Below, piece after piece: positions 18,627 to 27,772 of a stretch of 64,000 nt of DNA. Numbering within the stretch: position 1 is the first letter of the stretch; each line of letters begins with the position of its first letter. The notes below the pieces were generated by a model that did not search any database, had not been told where the DNA came from, and saw only the letters and a list, made by a program, of their open reading frames with translations. The position numbers and the translations under genes were made by a program. Origin of the DNA: an uncultured Methylomirabilota bacterium (GTDB lineage: Bacteria > Methylomirabilota > Methylomirabilia > Methylomirabilales > 2-02-FULL-66-22). Location: the NCBI GenBank assembly GCA_963845565.1, contig CAWJSJ010000001.1, forward strand, positions 96,001-160,000, given 5' to 3'.

Positions 18627-19204
18627 GGCGGATGCTGCCGCTCCTCGTGGGGATCCTGATGGCGCTCTGGGCGGGACCCGGAACCGCGTCGGCGGGCGAC
18701 CCGCAGGGTGCTCCGCCGACCCAGGGGTTGGAGTCGCTCTCGCCCGAGGACCAGGCGCGCGTGCGGGAGAACCTGGATCGCTGGAAGCAACTTACCCCGG
18801 AAGAGCAGCAGCGGGTGCGGGAGAACTACGAGCGCTGGAAGCAGCTCTCGCCGGCGGAGCGCCAGCGGGTGCGGGAGAACCTCGAGACCTTCCGCAAGCT
18901 GCCCCCGGACGCTCGGCAGCACATCCGGGAGAATTACCAACGCTGGCAGCGGTTGAGCCCCGAGGAGCGATCGGGGTTGCGCGAGCGGCTGGATCGCTGG
19001 AATACTCTGCGTCCCGAGGAGAAGCAGGCGCTTCGGCAGCGCCTGGACGAGTTCCGAAATCTTCCACCCGAGGAGCGGCAGAAAATCCGGGAGAATCTCC
19101 GACGCTGGCGCGAGATGCCGCCGGAAGAGCGGCAGCGCATCCGCGAGGAGTTTCGCACGCGCCAACCCGAGAGCGCTCCGCGAAATCCACCCTCCCGCCG
19201 GTAG
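18623..19204 (+). CDS. DUF3106-like exported repeat protein
   Basis: Signal peptide followed by about seven 18-aa repeats W..L.PEE...R. Confidence 0.75.
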   Translation: MRRMLPLLVGILMALWAGPGTASAGDPQGAPPTQGLESLSPEDQARVRENLDRWKQLTPEEQQRVRENYERWKQLSPAERQRVRENLETFRKLPPDARQHIRENYQRWQRLSPEERSGLRERLDRWNTLRPEEKQALRQRLDEFRNLPPEERQKIRENLRRWREMPPEERQRIREEFRTRQPESAPRNPPSRR

Positions 19205-19406
19205 CCCGGCGGACTACCCGCGGACTCCCTGCACGTCTCGCACGATTGATTGCTCCTGTCGGTCTTCCCTGATAGGATTCGTTCGCACGCGTCCGACGAC
19301 GTCGGCTCCGGCAGTGCCGTGGTCGGCCCCTCCGCCGGTCCTTCGCGTACGAGCGTTAACCGTTTCATGAACTGATCTGTGACCTGGTGCCCCGGCGGCG
19401 CCAGAG

Positions 19407-20780
19407 ATGGCGAGAGTGACGATGGCTGAGACGGCACCAGTATCCGGCGCGCGCGCGGCGCGGCTCCGCGCGGGGCAACGCGTCCCCGTCACGATCGAAC
19501 GGCTGGTCTTCCAGGGGGACGGACTGGGTCGGCTGCCGGACGGACGGGTGATCTTTGTGCCGGCGACGGCGCCGGGTGACGAGGTTGAGGTCCAGGTCGA
19601 GGAGGATCGAGGCCATTTCGTGCGGGGAGCGGCGGTTGGGCTTCGGTTGGCCTCGCCGCTCCGCGTCGAGCCGCCGTGCCGGTACTTCGGGAATTGCGGG
19701 GGCTGCCAGTGGCAACATCTGGGGTACCCGGCCCAGCTCGACTGGAAGCGCCGCATTCTGGAAGAGCTCCTGGTCCGCGTCGGCAAGCTGGAGGGTGTGC
19801 CGATCGCGCCCATCATCGATCCGGGCGCCCCCTGGGAGTATCGGGCCCGGGCGCAGTTCAAGGTGATCGGCGGCGCGCGGCCCTGCATCGGGTTCCACCA
19901 GCGCGAGACGAACCGCGTGGTGGACATCGATCGCTGTCCGCTGCTGGATCCGCGCCTGAACGCGCTGCTGCACGCCATGCGTCACATGAAACATCCATCC
20001 TTCTTTTCGCTGTTCCAGCGGCTGCGCGAGGCCTGGGTCGCGCTGGGCACGGGGACCGGCGAAATGCTCCTCTCGCTGTTCGCTCGGGTGCAGGATCGGG
20101 GGGCCCTTCGCCTCGTGTTCCACACGCTGCAGGCCGCGGTCCCGGGGCTGCGCGGGGTTGCCCTGCTCGAAGGGGATCCGCGGCAGGGGCCGCGCCTGGT
20201 GGATTGGGCCGGCAGCGAGGTGCTGCAGGAGCAGGTGGGCGACCTGCGGTTTCGCATTGGGGGGACGGCATTTTTCCAGGTGAGCGGCCTGGCGGCCAGC
20301 CGCCTGACATCGCTGGTGCTGGAGGAGGCAAAGCTCGTCGGCACGGAGCGGGTCCTGGAGCTGTATTGCGGCGCAGGAACCTTCACGGTGCCGCTGGCAA
20401 AGCACGCCCGGGAAGTCATCGGGATCGAGACGAACCCCGCAGCCGCCTCGGACGGAACAACCAACCTTCGAGAAAACGGGTGTACGGCGGGCCGCATCAT
20501 CCAGGGGCAAGTGGAACAGACATTGCCCGCCTTGGCCGGCGAGGGGCGCTGGAATCTGGTGGTCCTCGACCCGCCGCGGCAGGGTTGCAGCCGGGCGGTC
20601 ATCGATCGCTTGGCGGCCATGCGGGTGGCGCGGGTGCTCTATGTGTCGTGCGATCCGAGCACGCTCGCCCGTGACCTTGGCGTGCTCGCTCGTGCGGGGT
20701 ATCGGTGTACGAAACTTCATCCGATTGATCTGTTTCCCCAGACGTTTCATCTGGAGACCGTGGCGGTGCTGGAACGGTGA
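19407..20780 (+). CDS. rlmD: 23S rRNA (uracil-C5)-methyltransferase RlmD family
   Basis: TRAM domain, C..CGGC Fe-S motif, AFFQV, LYCGAG, LDPPR, YVSCDP.TLARD, FPQT.H.E; alternative start at 19422. Confidence 0.88.
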   Translation: MARVTMAETAPVSGARAARLRAGQRVPVTIERLVFQGDGLGRLPDGRVIFVPATAPGDEVEVQVEEDRGHFVRGAAVGLRLASPLRVEPPCRYFGNCGGCQWQHLGYPAQLDWKRRILEELLVRVGKLEGVPIAPIIDPGAPWEYRARAQFKVIGGARPCIGFHQRETNRVVDIDRCPLLDPRLNALLHAMRHMKHPSFFSLFQRLREAWVALGTGTGEMLLSLFARVQDRGALRLVFHTLQAAVPGLRGVALLEGDPRQGPRLVDWAGSEVLQEQVGDLRFRIGGTAFFQVSGLAASRLTSLVLEEAKLVGTERVLELYCGAGTFTVPLAKHAREVIGIETNPAAASDGTTNLRENGCTAGRIIQGQVEQTLPALAGEGRWNLVVLDPPRQGCSRAVIDRLAAMRVARVLYVSCDPSTLARDLGVLARAGYRCTKLHPIDLFPQTFHLETVAVLER

Positions 20781-20783
20781 CGA

Positions 20784-20823
20784 CAGGACAGAAGGCAGAG
20801 GGCAGAGGGCAGAACAGGCAGAG
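20784..20823 (+). repeat. Degenerate heptamer tandem repeat (GGCAGAG)n
   Basis: ggacagaa ggcagag ggcagag ggcagaa ca ggcagag. Confidence 0.6.
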
Positions 20824-20919
20824 GATGTGAAGCGTGAGCGTAAAGCGTGAGGTCAGGCGAGGGACGAGAGCGGAGAGCGACGAGGCAAGGCGGTTGCCCT
20901 GAAGAGCGAGACGGAGCGC

Positions 20920-20948
20920 TTGCAAAGGGGGCGTATATCCCGCATAAT
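20920..20948 (+). promoter_or_regulatory. sigma70-like promoter
   Basis: TTGCAA-17 nt-CATAAT. Confidence 0.5.
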
Positions 20949-21003
20949 ATCTCGATAACCCTTGAGTTGTTGCGTCAATGCGGATGATCAGGAGGAAGAG
21001 CGA

Positions 21004-21969
21004 ATGCGCACGATGTCTAGACTGCTGAGCGGTGTCGTCATCCTGACGGTGCTGGCGATGGTTGTTCCGGACGAGGTCTGGGCCCGCGCCGGCGGCGGGA
21101 TGAGTTCCGGCAGCCGCGGCACGCGGAGTTACTCGAGCCCCAGCCGGACCTACAGCGCCCCGAGCCCGTCCACGAGCCCCAGCACACGGCCGACCCCCGC
21201 CCCCGCGCCCATGGCCCAGCCGGCGCCCGCGGGTGGGTTCCTGCGGTCCATGGCGGGCGGGATCGTGGGGGGTCTCCTGGGCGGGATGCTCTTCCGCAGC
21301 CTGGGGTTTGCCGGCGGGGCCGACGGGGCCGGCGGCGGCGGCTTCGGCATGATGGATATGCTCTTGCTGGCCGGGATCGCCTATCTGATTTACTGGTTCG
21401 TGCGGCGCAAACGCGCAGCGCAAGAGGCGCCCGCGACCGCGTACTCCAGCCAGATGGTCGGGGACGTCTACGGCAGCGGGGCGCCGACCGCCACGCTGGA
21501 CGCCCCGGGCTGGCAGCAGGACCGGGATCGGGGCCTCGGGCATCTCCGGCAAATGGATCCGGGCTTCGACGAGGCGGCGTTCCGGGAGATGTGCACCGAC
21601 CGGTTCTTCCAAATCCAGGCGGCGTGGATGCGCCGGGATGCAGACAAGTTGCGCCCCCTTCTCACCGAGGAGATGCAGGGGGTGTTCGGCAAGCAGATCG
21701 CGGCGGCCAAGGCCAAGCGGCAGATCAACAAACTGGAGAACATCACGGTCCGCTCCGTGGAGCTGACCGAGGCCTGGCAGGAGTCGGGACAAGATTACAT
21801 CACGGCGCGGCTTCTCGCCAACCTGCTGGACTACACCGTGGACGACACCACGGGGACGATCGTGGACGGGAGCGACAGCGCGCCGGTGAAGTTCGAGGAA
21901 TTCTGGACCTGGGTGCGGCCGGTAGGCAAAAACGACTGGCGACTCGGTGCCATCAACCAGGCGGAGTAG
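21004..21969 (+). CDS. Tim44-like domain membrane protein
   Basis: ARAGGG.S.GSRG.RS N-terminus, Gly-rich TM region, DPGFD..F..IQAAW, FEEFWTW..W.L.AI.Q. Confidence 0.85.
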   Translation: MRTMSRLLSGVVILTVLAMVVPDEVWARAGGGMSSGSRGTRSYSSPSRTYSAPSPSTSPSTRPTPAPAPMAQPAPAGGFLRSMAGGIVGGLLGGMLFRSLGFAGGADGAGGGGFGMMDMLLLAGIAYLIYWFVRRKRAAQEAPATAYSSQMVGDVYGSGAPTATLDAPGWQQDRDRGLGHLRQMDPGFDEAAFREMCTDRFFQIQAAWMRRDADKLRPLLTEEMQGVFGKQIAAAKAKRQINKLENITVRSVELTEAWQESGQDYITARLLANLLDYTVDDTTGTIVDGSDSAPVKFEEFWTWVRPVGKNDWRLGAINQAE

Positions 21970-22115
21970 CAGGCTGCTGAGGGGGGCCCATCTGCGGCGT
22001 TGGCCGCTCGCGAGGCGCTGCGACGTACGCGTAAGTGCGTCTCGCACCGCGCATCGCGTTCCGCCTGGCATCTGGACCCTTTTGAGCACCCTGGGCGAAA
22101 AGCGGTTTTCAGTGT
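21967..22115 (+). repeat. Dispersed MITE/REP-like element, copy 3
   Basis: TAGCAGGCTGCTGAGGGGGGCCCATCTGCGGCGTTGG...CTGGACCCTTTTGAGCACCCTG. Confidence 0.8.
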
Positions 22116-22210
22116 CACCCGATCACCCGACGAAGGGGCGCAGGCGGTTAGGTAAGGGTTTCTGATCGCTGTCGCTGTCGGATCTCGCTGTCGACCAGAT
22201 GGAGTGACCG

Positions 22211-22723
22211 ATGTTGAAGGGAACCGTGACGACAGTTTTTGGGGACGACATCAACACCGACGACATCATCCCGGCGTTTCGGCTGCAGCAGAGCAACGAT
22301 CCGGAGTTTTTTGCGACGTATGCGTTCGAGAAGTTCGATCCGGACTTCCGGTCGCGTTGCGGGCGGGGTAGAGCCAACGTCGTCTTGGCCGGGAAGAACT
22401 TCGGGTGCGGGTCCAGCCGCGAACAAGCGGTATATGCCCTGCAGTACAACCGCGTGGCCTGCGTGATCGCGGGATCCTTTCCCGACATCTTCTATCGGAA
22501 CTGCCTCGCCAACGGCGTCACGCTGGTGGCGCTCCCCGACCGAAGCGGTATCGGAATGGGGGACGAAGTGGAAGCGGACCTCGCCGCCGGCGTGATCCGG
22601 AATCTGACGCGTGGCACGACGATATCGTTTTCCATGAAAGAGGAAGACCGTCGCACCTTCCAGGCTGGGGGGATGACCGCGCGGGTGCGAGCGCATCTGG
22701 AGGAATTGCTGGCGAAGCGGTAG
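22211..22723 (+). CDS. 3-isopropylmalate dehydratase/homoaconitase-family small subunit (LeuD-like)
   Basis: GDDINTDDIIP, NFGCGSSREQA, SF..IFYRN. Confidence 0.88.
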   Translation: MLKGTVTTVFGDDINTDDIIPAFRLQQSNDPEFFATYAFEKFDPDFRSRCGRGRANVVLAGKNFGCGSSREQAVYALQYNRVACVIAGSFPDIFYRNCLANGVTLVALPDRSGIGMGDEVEADLAAGVIRNLTRGTTISFSMKEEDRRTFQAGGMTARVRAHLEELLAKR

Positions 22724-22863
22724 GGTGTGGAAGCGGGGCAACGCTTCGATTGGTCGATCGTCAACTCGTCAACTGGAAAGGCAACAGCCTTCGTTTTGAT
22801 GCCCTTGCCATTCGACGACTTGGCCAATCGACACTTTGACAGTTTGTGAGACGGAGTAATCCA

Positions 22864-24204
22864 ATGGGCCAGACGATGGTCGAGAAGATCGTGTCGCGGA
22901 AGGTGGGTCGGCCGGTGCGCGCTGGCGAGTTGATCGAGCGTCTGCCGATCGGGAAGCTGTTCTTCAACGACGTGATCGGCCCGCCGGCGATCCTGACGCT
23001 TCAGCGGCTTTTCAGTGAGACCTTCAAGCAGCACGCGAAGCCGGTTCGAGTCTTCGATCCGCGCCGGGTCTTCATGCTCCCGGACCATTCGATTCCCGCA
23101 TACTCGGTCGAGGTGGCCGAAGGCGTGGATCTGATGGAATCCTTCGGTCGGGAGTGCGGTTTCAAGGTGTACCGGGAGGGGGATGGGATCGAGCACGTCG
23201 TCCTGATCGAGGACGGCCACATCGTGCCGTGGGACATCGTGCTTGGGACCGACTCTCACACATGCACCAACGGCGCCATGGGCGCACTGGCGTTCGGGGT
23301 CGGGACCACGGACGGCGCATATGCCATGGCGACCGGTCACATCTACGACTTCGTGGTTCCCGAGACCTTTCAATTCGAACTGACCGGACGTTTTCCCAAA
23401 GGGGTTTACGCGAAGGACCTCATCCTTCACATCATCAGTACGGTGGGGGCTGGCGGCTGCTCCCGTCGGGTGGCCGAGTTCGTGGGAGAGGGCGTGCGGA
23501 ACCTGCCCATGGATGCCCGGACAACCATCTGCAACATGGCCGTGGAGATGAGCGGCCGGACGGGGATCATGCCGACCGACGAGACGCTTTTGGGCTATCT
23601 GAAGGACCGGGCGCAGTGGCCCGTGGAACCGCTGGCGAGCGACCCCGATGCGACGTTCGCCAATCGGATGACGGTGGACCTGTCGGCCCTGGAGCCCATG
23701 GTGGCTTTTCCCCACAAGCCGGCCAACGCCGTTCCGTTCTCCCGGATTCCCGAGATGATGAAGAAGAGTCAGGCTCAGCCGGGCCCGGATCTCCCGCCGG
23801 TCGCCTCCGACCGAATCACCGACGCCTTCGTGGGGGCCTGTACGAATGGCCGATATGATGATCTGGTCGAGGCGGCCAAGGTTCTGAAGGGCAAGAAGGT
23901 CCATCCCGATGTCTCCCTCATCGTGATCCCCGCCAGCCGGAAGGTGTACGAGCGGGCCATGGACGAGGGGATTCTCCAGGTCATCATCAAGGCCGGCGCC
24001 AACGTCGAGTCCTCCAACTGCGGGCCCTGTTTCGGGAGCCACATGGGGGTCCTGTCGCGAAACGCCCAGATGATCAGCAGCAGCAACCGGAACTACCAGG
24101 GCCGGATGGGCTCCCGCGACGCCCGCATCTTCCTGGGCAGCCCCGCCACCGTGGCCGCCAGCGCCATCGAGGGCCGGCTCGCCGACCCGAGAAAATATCT
24201 GTAG
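22864..24204 (+). CDS. 3-isopropylmalate dehydratase/homoaconitase-family large subunit (LeuC-like)
   Basis: MGQTMVEKI, PDH, GIEH, GTDSHTCT, Fe-S ligands GACTNG and CGPC, NRNYQGRMG. Confidence 0.9.
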   Translation: MGQTMVEKIVSRKVGRPVRAGELIERLPIGKLFFNDVIGPPAILTLQRLFSETFKQHAKPVRVFDPRRVFMLPDHSIPAYSVEVAEGVDLMESFGRECGFKVYREGDGIEHVVLIEDGHIVPWDIVLGTDSHTCTNGAMGALAFGVGTTDGAYAMATGHIYDFVVPETFQFELTGRFPKGVYAKDLILHIISTVGAGGCSRRVAEFVGEGVRNLPMDARTTICNMAVEMSGRTGIMPTDETLLGYLKDRAQWPVEPLASDPDATFANRMTVDLSALEPMVAFPHKPANAVPFSRIPEMMKKSQAQPGPDLPPVASDRITDAFVGACTNGRYDDLVEAAKVLKGKKVHPDVSLIVIPASRKVYERAMDEGILQVIIKAGANVESSNCGPCFGSHMGVLSRNAQMISSSNRNYQGRMGSRDARIFLGSPATVAASAIEGRLADPRKYL

Positions 24205-24229
24205 ATCGCCGAGTCGCGTCTTTCCAGCG

Positions 24230-24268
24230 AGCCATAGCCCGGACCGTGTGTCCGGGCTATGGCTTTTC
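24230..24268 (+). terminator. Rho-independent terminator
   Basis: AGCCATAGCCCGGAC-loop-GTCCGGGCTATGGCT then TTT. Confidence 0.75.
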
Positions 24269-24307
24269 CACACGCCCCGCCCTGCGTATCCGTGCTGTGC
24301 AATTCCC

Positions 24308-24335
24308 TCATGTTTCTCCCCAATGTTTCCGATAA
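24308..24335 (+). promoter_or_regulatory. Possible sigma28 (FliA) promoter upstream of the MCP gene
   Basis: TCATGTTT-12 nt-TCCGATAA versus consensus TAAAGTTT-N11-GCCGATAA. Confidence 0.4.
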
Positions 24336-24501
24336 TCCTCATGGATTGCCACGGGATTCCTCGCCAGCAGGACGTGAGCTTGGCGTTATCGGAGGCGGCT
24401 GGCCCGCCGGAGAACGCGCAGAGCGCCCTGTGCGATACAACAAGCAGGGTCCAATTGACACCCGGGGCTGACGTGGTTCACCCCGGGGCGGAGAAGGAAC
24501 C

Positions 24502-26253
24502 ATGCGACTGACGATCCGGAACAAATTGACCATTCTCAGCGTCGTCTCGTCGGTTCTAGTGCTCGGAATGGCAGGGGGGGCCTATTGGGGCGTACGCACG
24601 ATCGCGTCGAGCGCGGAGCGGGCGCTGGAAAAGGATGCGGCGTATCTCGCACACGCCGCCGGGGCGCAGGTTGATGAGTTGCAGCTCAGGCGCCAAGAGA
24701 AGAACCTCTTTCTCCGCATGGACGATGGCAAGGAGTTCGCCGACGCCGAAGCCAAATGGCAAAAGAGCCTCGGCCGCGTGAAGAAGCAATTCGGAGCGCT
24801 GGAGAAGGTTGCCACGGCGCCGAAGGACAAGGAGCGCATTTCCGCCGTGGCCCGCGACCTCGAGGCGTACACGACCGGTATGAACGGGATACTGGGGAAG
24901 CTCAAGAGCAAGGAAATCCCCACGCCTCAGGCAGCGGATCGGGCCATCCTCGGGTTCCGCGAGGCGGCCAGGCACATGGATGCAGTACCGGAAGAAATGG
25001 CGGCAGAGGCCGTGAAGCGCCTGGAAGGGGTGCAGAAAGAGGTGGTGGCCGGAGCGCAGGGCGTGCTGTGGTTCGTGTTGGTTTCGGCATTGGTCGCAAT
25101 GGGCGCCATGAGCGTCCTGGTATGGTTGATCGGTCGGAGCATTCTGCGCCCCCTCAACGCCACCGTTCATATTCTTCAGGGCGTGGCGGGCGGGCACGGG
25201 GATCTTACGCAGCGATTGAGTGTGCACGGCCGAGATGAGATGGCCGATCTGGGGACGCATTTCAACCAGTTCATGGATACGCTTCATGCGTTGATCGGAC
25301 GCGTCCGGGCGACAACTCAAACCGTCGCCTCCGCCGCCCAGCAACTGGCTGGGGGCAGCGGCCAGCTCAGCAGCGGCGCCCAGGAGCAGGCCTCCTCCCT
25401 GGAAGAGACCGCCGCCTCCCTGGAACAGATGACCGCTACGATCAAGCAGAACGCGGACAACGCCCGCCAGGCCAACCAGATGGCGAGTGCCGCCCGCGAA
25501 GCCGCCGAGCAGGGCGGGGTGGTCGTGCAGGACGCGGTCGCGGCCATGGGGGGTATCACCGAGGCCAGCCGGAAGATCCAGGAAATCATCACCACCATCG
25601 ACGAGATCGCCTTCCAGACCAACCTTCTGGCCTTGAACGCTGCCGTGGAAGCCGCCCGAGCCGGGGAACAAGGCCGAGGTTTCGCCGTGGTGGCCAGTGA
25701 GGTCCGGGCCCTCGCGCAGCGGAGTGCCGCCGCCTCCAAGGAGATCAAGACCCTGATTACCGAGACCGGACAGAAGGTGGAGTCCGGGTCGGAACTGGTG
25801 ATCCAGACCGGCGACGGGTTGACCGCCATCGTGAACCAAGTCAAGAAGGTGGCCGACCTGATCGCCGAGATCACCGCCGCCTCCCAAGAACAGTCCCAGG
25901 GGATCGAGCAGGTCAACAAGGCCGTCACCGCGATGGACACCGTCACCCAGCAGAACGCCGCCCAGACGGAGGAACTGTCCTCGACCGCACAGGCGCTCGC
26001 GGCCCAGGCGGCGGAGCTATCCGCGCAGGTGGCGCAGTTCCGGTTGGGGGAGGAGGCCACGAATCACGAGCCACGAGCCACGAGCCTTGATCAGCCGGCC
26101 GCGGGCAGCAGGCAGCAGACAGCGAGGTCGGAGGGAATCGGGCGGGTGGTGCGGCTGGCTGCCAAGCGCTCCGGGCGCCCAGCCGCCAAGCAGCTCGGCC
26201 GCCTGGCCGCCACAGGGACGGATGACGCACAGGGGAGCTTCGAGGAGTTCTAA
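24502..26253 (+). CDS. Methyl-accepting chemotaxis protein
   Basis: TM-periplasmic bundle-TM-HAMP; signalling domain IAFQTNLLALNAAVEAARAGEQGRGFAVVASEVR; C-terminal SFEEF pentapeptide. Confidence 0.95.
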   Translation: MRLTIRNKLTILSVVSSVLVLGMAGGAYWGVRTIASSAERALEKDAAYLAHAAGAQVDELQLRRQEKNLFLRMDDGKEFADAEAKWQKSLGRVKKQFGALEKVATAPKDKERISAVARDLEAYTTGMNGILGKLKSKEIPTPQAADRAILGFREAARHMDAVPEEMAAEAVKRLEGVQKEVVAGAQGVLWFVLVSALVAMGAMSVLVWLIGRSILRPLNATVHILQGVAGGHGDLTQRLSVHGRDEMADLGTHFNQFMDTLHALIGRVRATTQTVASAAQQLAGGSGQLSSGAQEQASSLEETAASLEQMTATIKQNADNARQANQMASAAREAAEQGGVVVQDAVAAMGGITEASRKIQEIITTIDEIAFQTNLLALNAAVEAARAGEQGRGFAVVASEVRALAQRSAAASKEIKTLITETGQKVESGSELVIQTGDGLTAIVNQVKKVADLIAEITAASQEQSQGIEQVNKAVTAMDTVTQQNAAQTEELSSTAQALAAQAAELSAQVAQFRLGEEATNHEPRATSLDQPAAGSRQQTARSEGIGRVVRLAAKRSGRPAAKQLGRLAATGTDDAQGSFEEF

Positions 26254-26266
26254 ACGACTCGACAGC

Positions 26267-26388
26267 TTGGCGGCGAGGCGGCGGGGCAGCGGAACGGCTC
26301 GGCCGCCGGGCAGCCAGGCAGCGGGCCGCGAAGCCGCCAGGTGGCCAAGCCGCCAAGCAGCGCGGCCGCCAAACTGCCCAGCCGCGAG
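26267..26388. repeat. Degenerate octamer repeats forming inverted arms
   Basis: TTGGCGGC/GGCAGC units followed by GCCGCCAA units. Confidence 0.5.
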
Positions 26389-26450
26389 GAGCGCGCACGC
26401 ATGTCACCGAGTTGCCGATGTCTGATACATCGAACACTGCGGAGGGAATC

Positions 26451-26894
26451 ATGGGGACGGGATCTGTGACTCCCCGGCGCATCCTCGTCGTTGACGACGA
26501 GCCGGGGATCCGCGAGACGCTGGTTCATCTCCTCCGGGCGCTCGGTTACGAGGTTGTCGAGGCGGATGGGGGCCGCGCCGGGCTCGCGCGTCTGGCGGAG
26601 GCCCCGGTGGATCTGGTGCTGACCGACCTCGGGATGCCGGACATGAACGGGTGGGAGGTGGCGCGGGCCGCCAAGGTTTGGGCCCCACGTGTTCCCGTGG
26701 TCCTCGTGACGGGTTGGGGGGAGGATGGTCCCGCGCCCGGCGCCGACCATTCGCTGGTGGCGGCGGTCTTGTCAAAGCCGTTTCGCGTGCAGGACATCGT
26801 GAAGGTCCTCGCGCACGCCCTTGGGCCGGCCATCGCACCGGAAGGCAACGGGGTTGCTACGCCGCCGAACCCTGCGCCCGCCGTCATCGCGTAA
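26451..26894 (+). CDS. Single-domain response regulator
   Basis: VVDDE, LTDLGMP, VTGW, KPF; RBS GGAGGG. Confidence 0.85.
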   Translation: MGTGSVTPRRILVVDDEPGIRETLVHLLRALGYEVVEADGGRAGLARLAEAPVDLVLTDLGMPDMNGWEVARAAKVWAPRVPVVLVTGWGEDGPAPGADHSLVAAVLSKPFRVQDIVKVLAHALGPAIAPEGNGVATPPNPAPAVIA

Positions 26895-26989
26895 TCCGCC
26901 GCCGCCCCGCCTTCCACGCCTTCCACTGTCAAAATCGCGATGCCGATTCCCGTCGCGCCGGGTGTGCGCGAGAGCGGCGCGGCGGATCG

Positions 26990-27772
26990 CTAGCGCGACC
27001 GTGCCGAGGAAAACATGGTGGAGGGGCGGACCGCGTGCCCCGCGGCTGTTCCCTTTGTGGCCACCCCGATGATGTGGGGCGCGACGAGGGGGATGGGGAG
27101 CCAGAATTTCTGATAGGCGACACCCGCGAACCCCTGCCGCTCGATGGCGTGCGATGTGGCTCGGTCGAGATGGCAACCGTCCGCCAGGGTCCGCACCAGA
27201 GGCCGCAGCAATCGCTGCATTCGCCGCAGCCAGGTCCCCGGCGAATCCGCGACGTGCTCGATGAAGAGGAACCGCCCGCCAGGTCTCAACACCCGGTGAA
27301 TCTCCCGCAGGGCGCCGGAGACATCCGGCACCGAGCAGAGAACGAGCGTGCTCACCACCACGTCCGCGCTCTCGTCGTCAAGGTCGATGCGATCGGCCGT
27401 CCCGTCGTGAATGTCGATCGAGATGCCCACTCGCGCGGCTGCGGCGCGCAGGTGCGGATGCATGAACGGATTCGGCTCGATCCCGATCCAGCGGATGTCG
27501 GGCGGGAAATATGCGAAATTCGCCCCGGTCCCCGGTCCGATCTCCAGAACCGTCCCGGCGAGTCCGGCAAAGAGGGCGCGCTTGCGAGGCGCGACGAGGC
27601 GCTCGTACCGCCCGTGGAACCTGGACAGCGCGAGAGCCATCAGGCGTTTCCGCAGAGCAAGAGAGCGGGGCGGCGGCGTGCCGGGATGGCAGCACGGCGC
27701 GACCACAGGTGGGACAAGGGGCGGGACCTCCCGACCGGCCGAGAGGTCCCGCAATCCTTCCGGGGAGCGCAT
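26990..27772 (-). CDS. Class I SAM-dependent methyltransferase
   Basis: VLEIGPGTG, GIEPN, LVLCSV, RVLRPGG, EHV; start uncertain (27772 TAATG-coupled, or 27640). Confidence 0.85.
   Translation of the reverse strand: MRSPEGLRDLSAGREVPPLVPPVVAPCCHPGTPPPRSLALRKRLMALALSRFHGRYERLVAPRKRALFAGLAGTVLEIGPGTGANFAYFPPDIRWIGIEPNPFMHPHLRAAAARVGISIDIHDGTADRIDLDDESADVVVSTLVLCSVPDVSGALREIHRVLRPGGRFLFIEHVADSPGTWLRRMQRLLRPLVRTLADGCHLDRATSHAIERQGFAGVAYQKFWLPIPLVAPHIIGVATKGTAAGHAVRPSTMFSSARSR

Noticed and set aside
18730..19160. ~54-bp periodic repeats that could suggest a CRISPR array
   Set aside because: They are in-frame coding repeats (18 aa) of the DUF3106-like protein, with no identical repeats or unique spacers and no cas genes.
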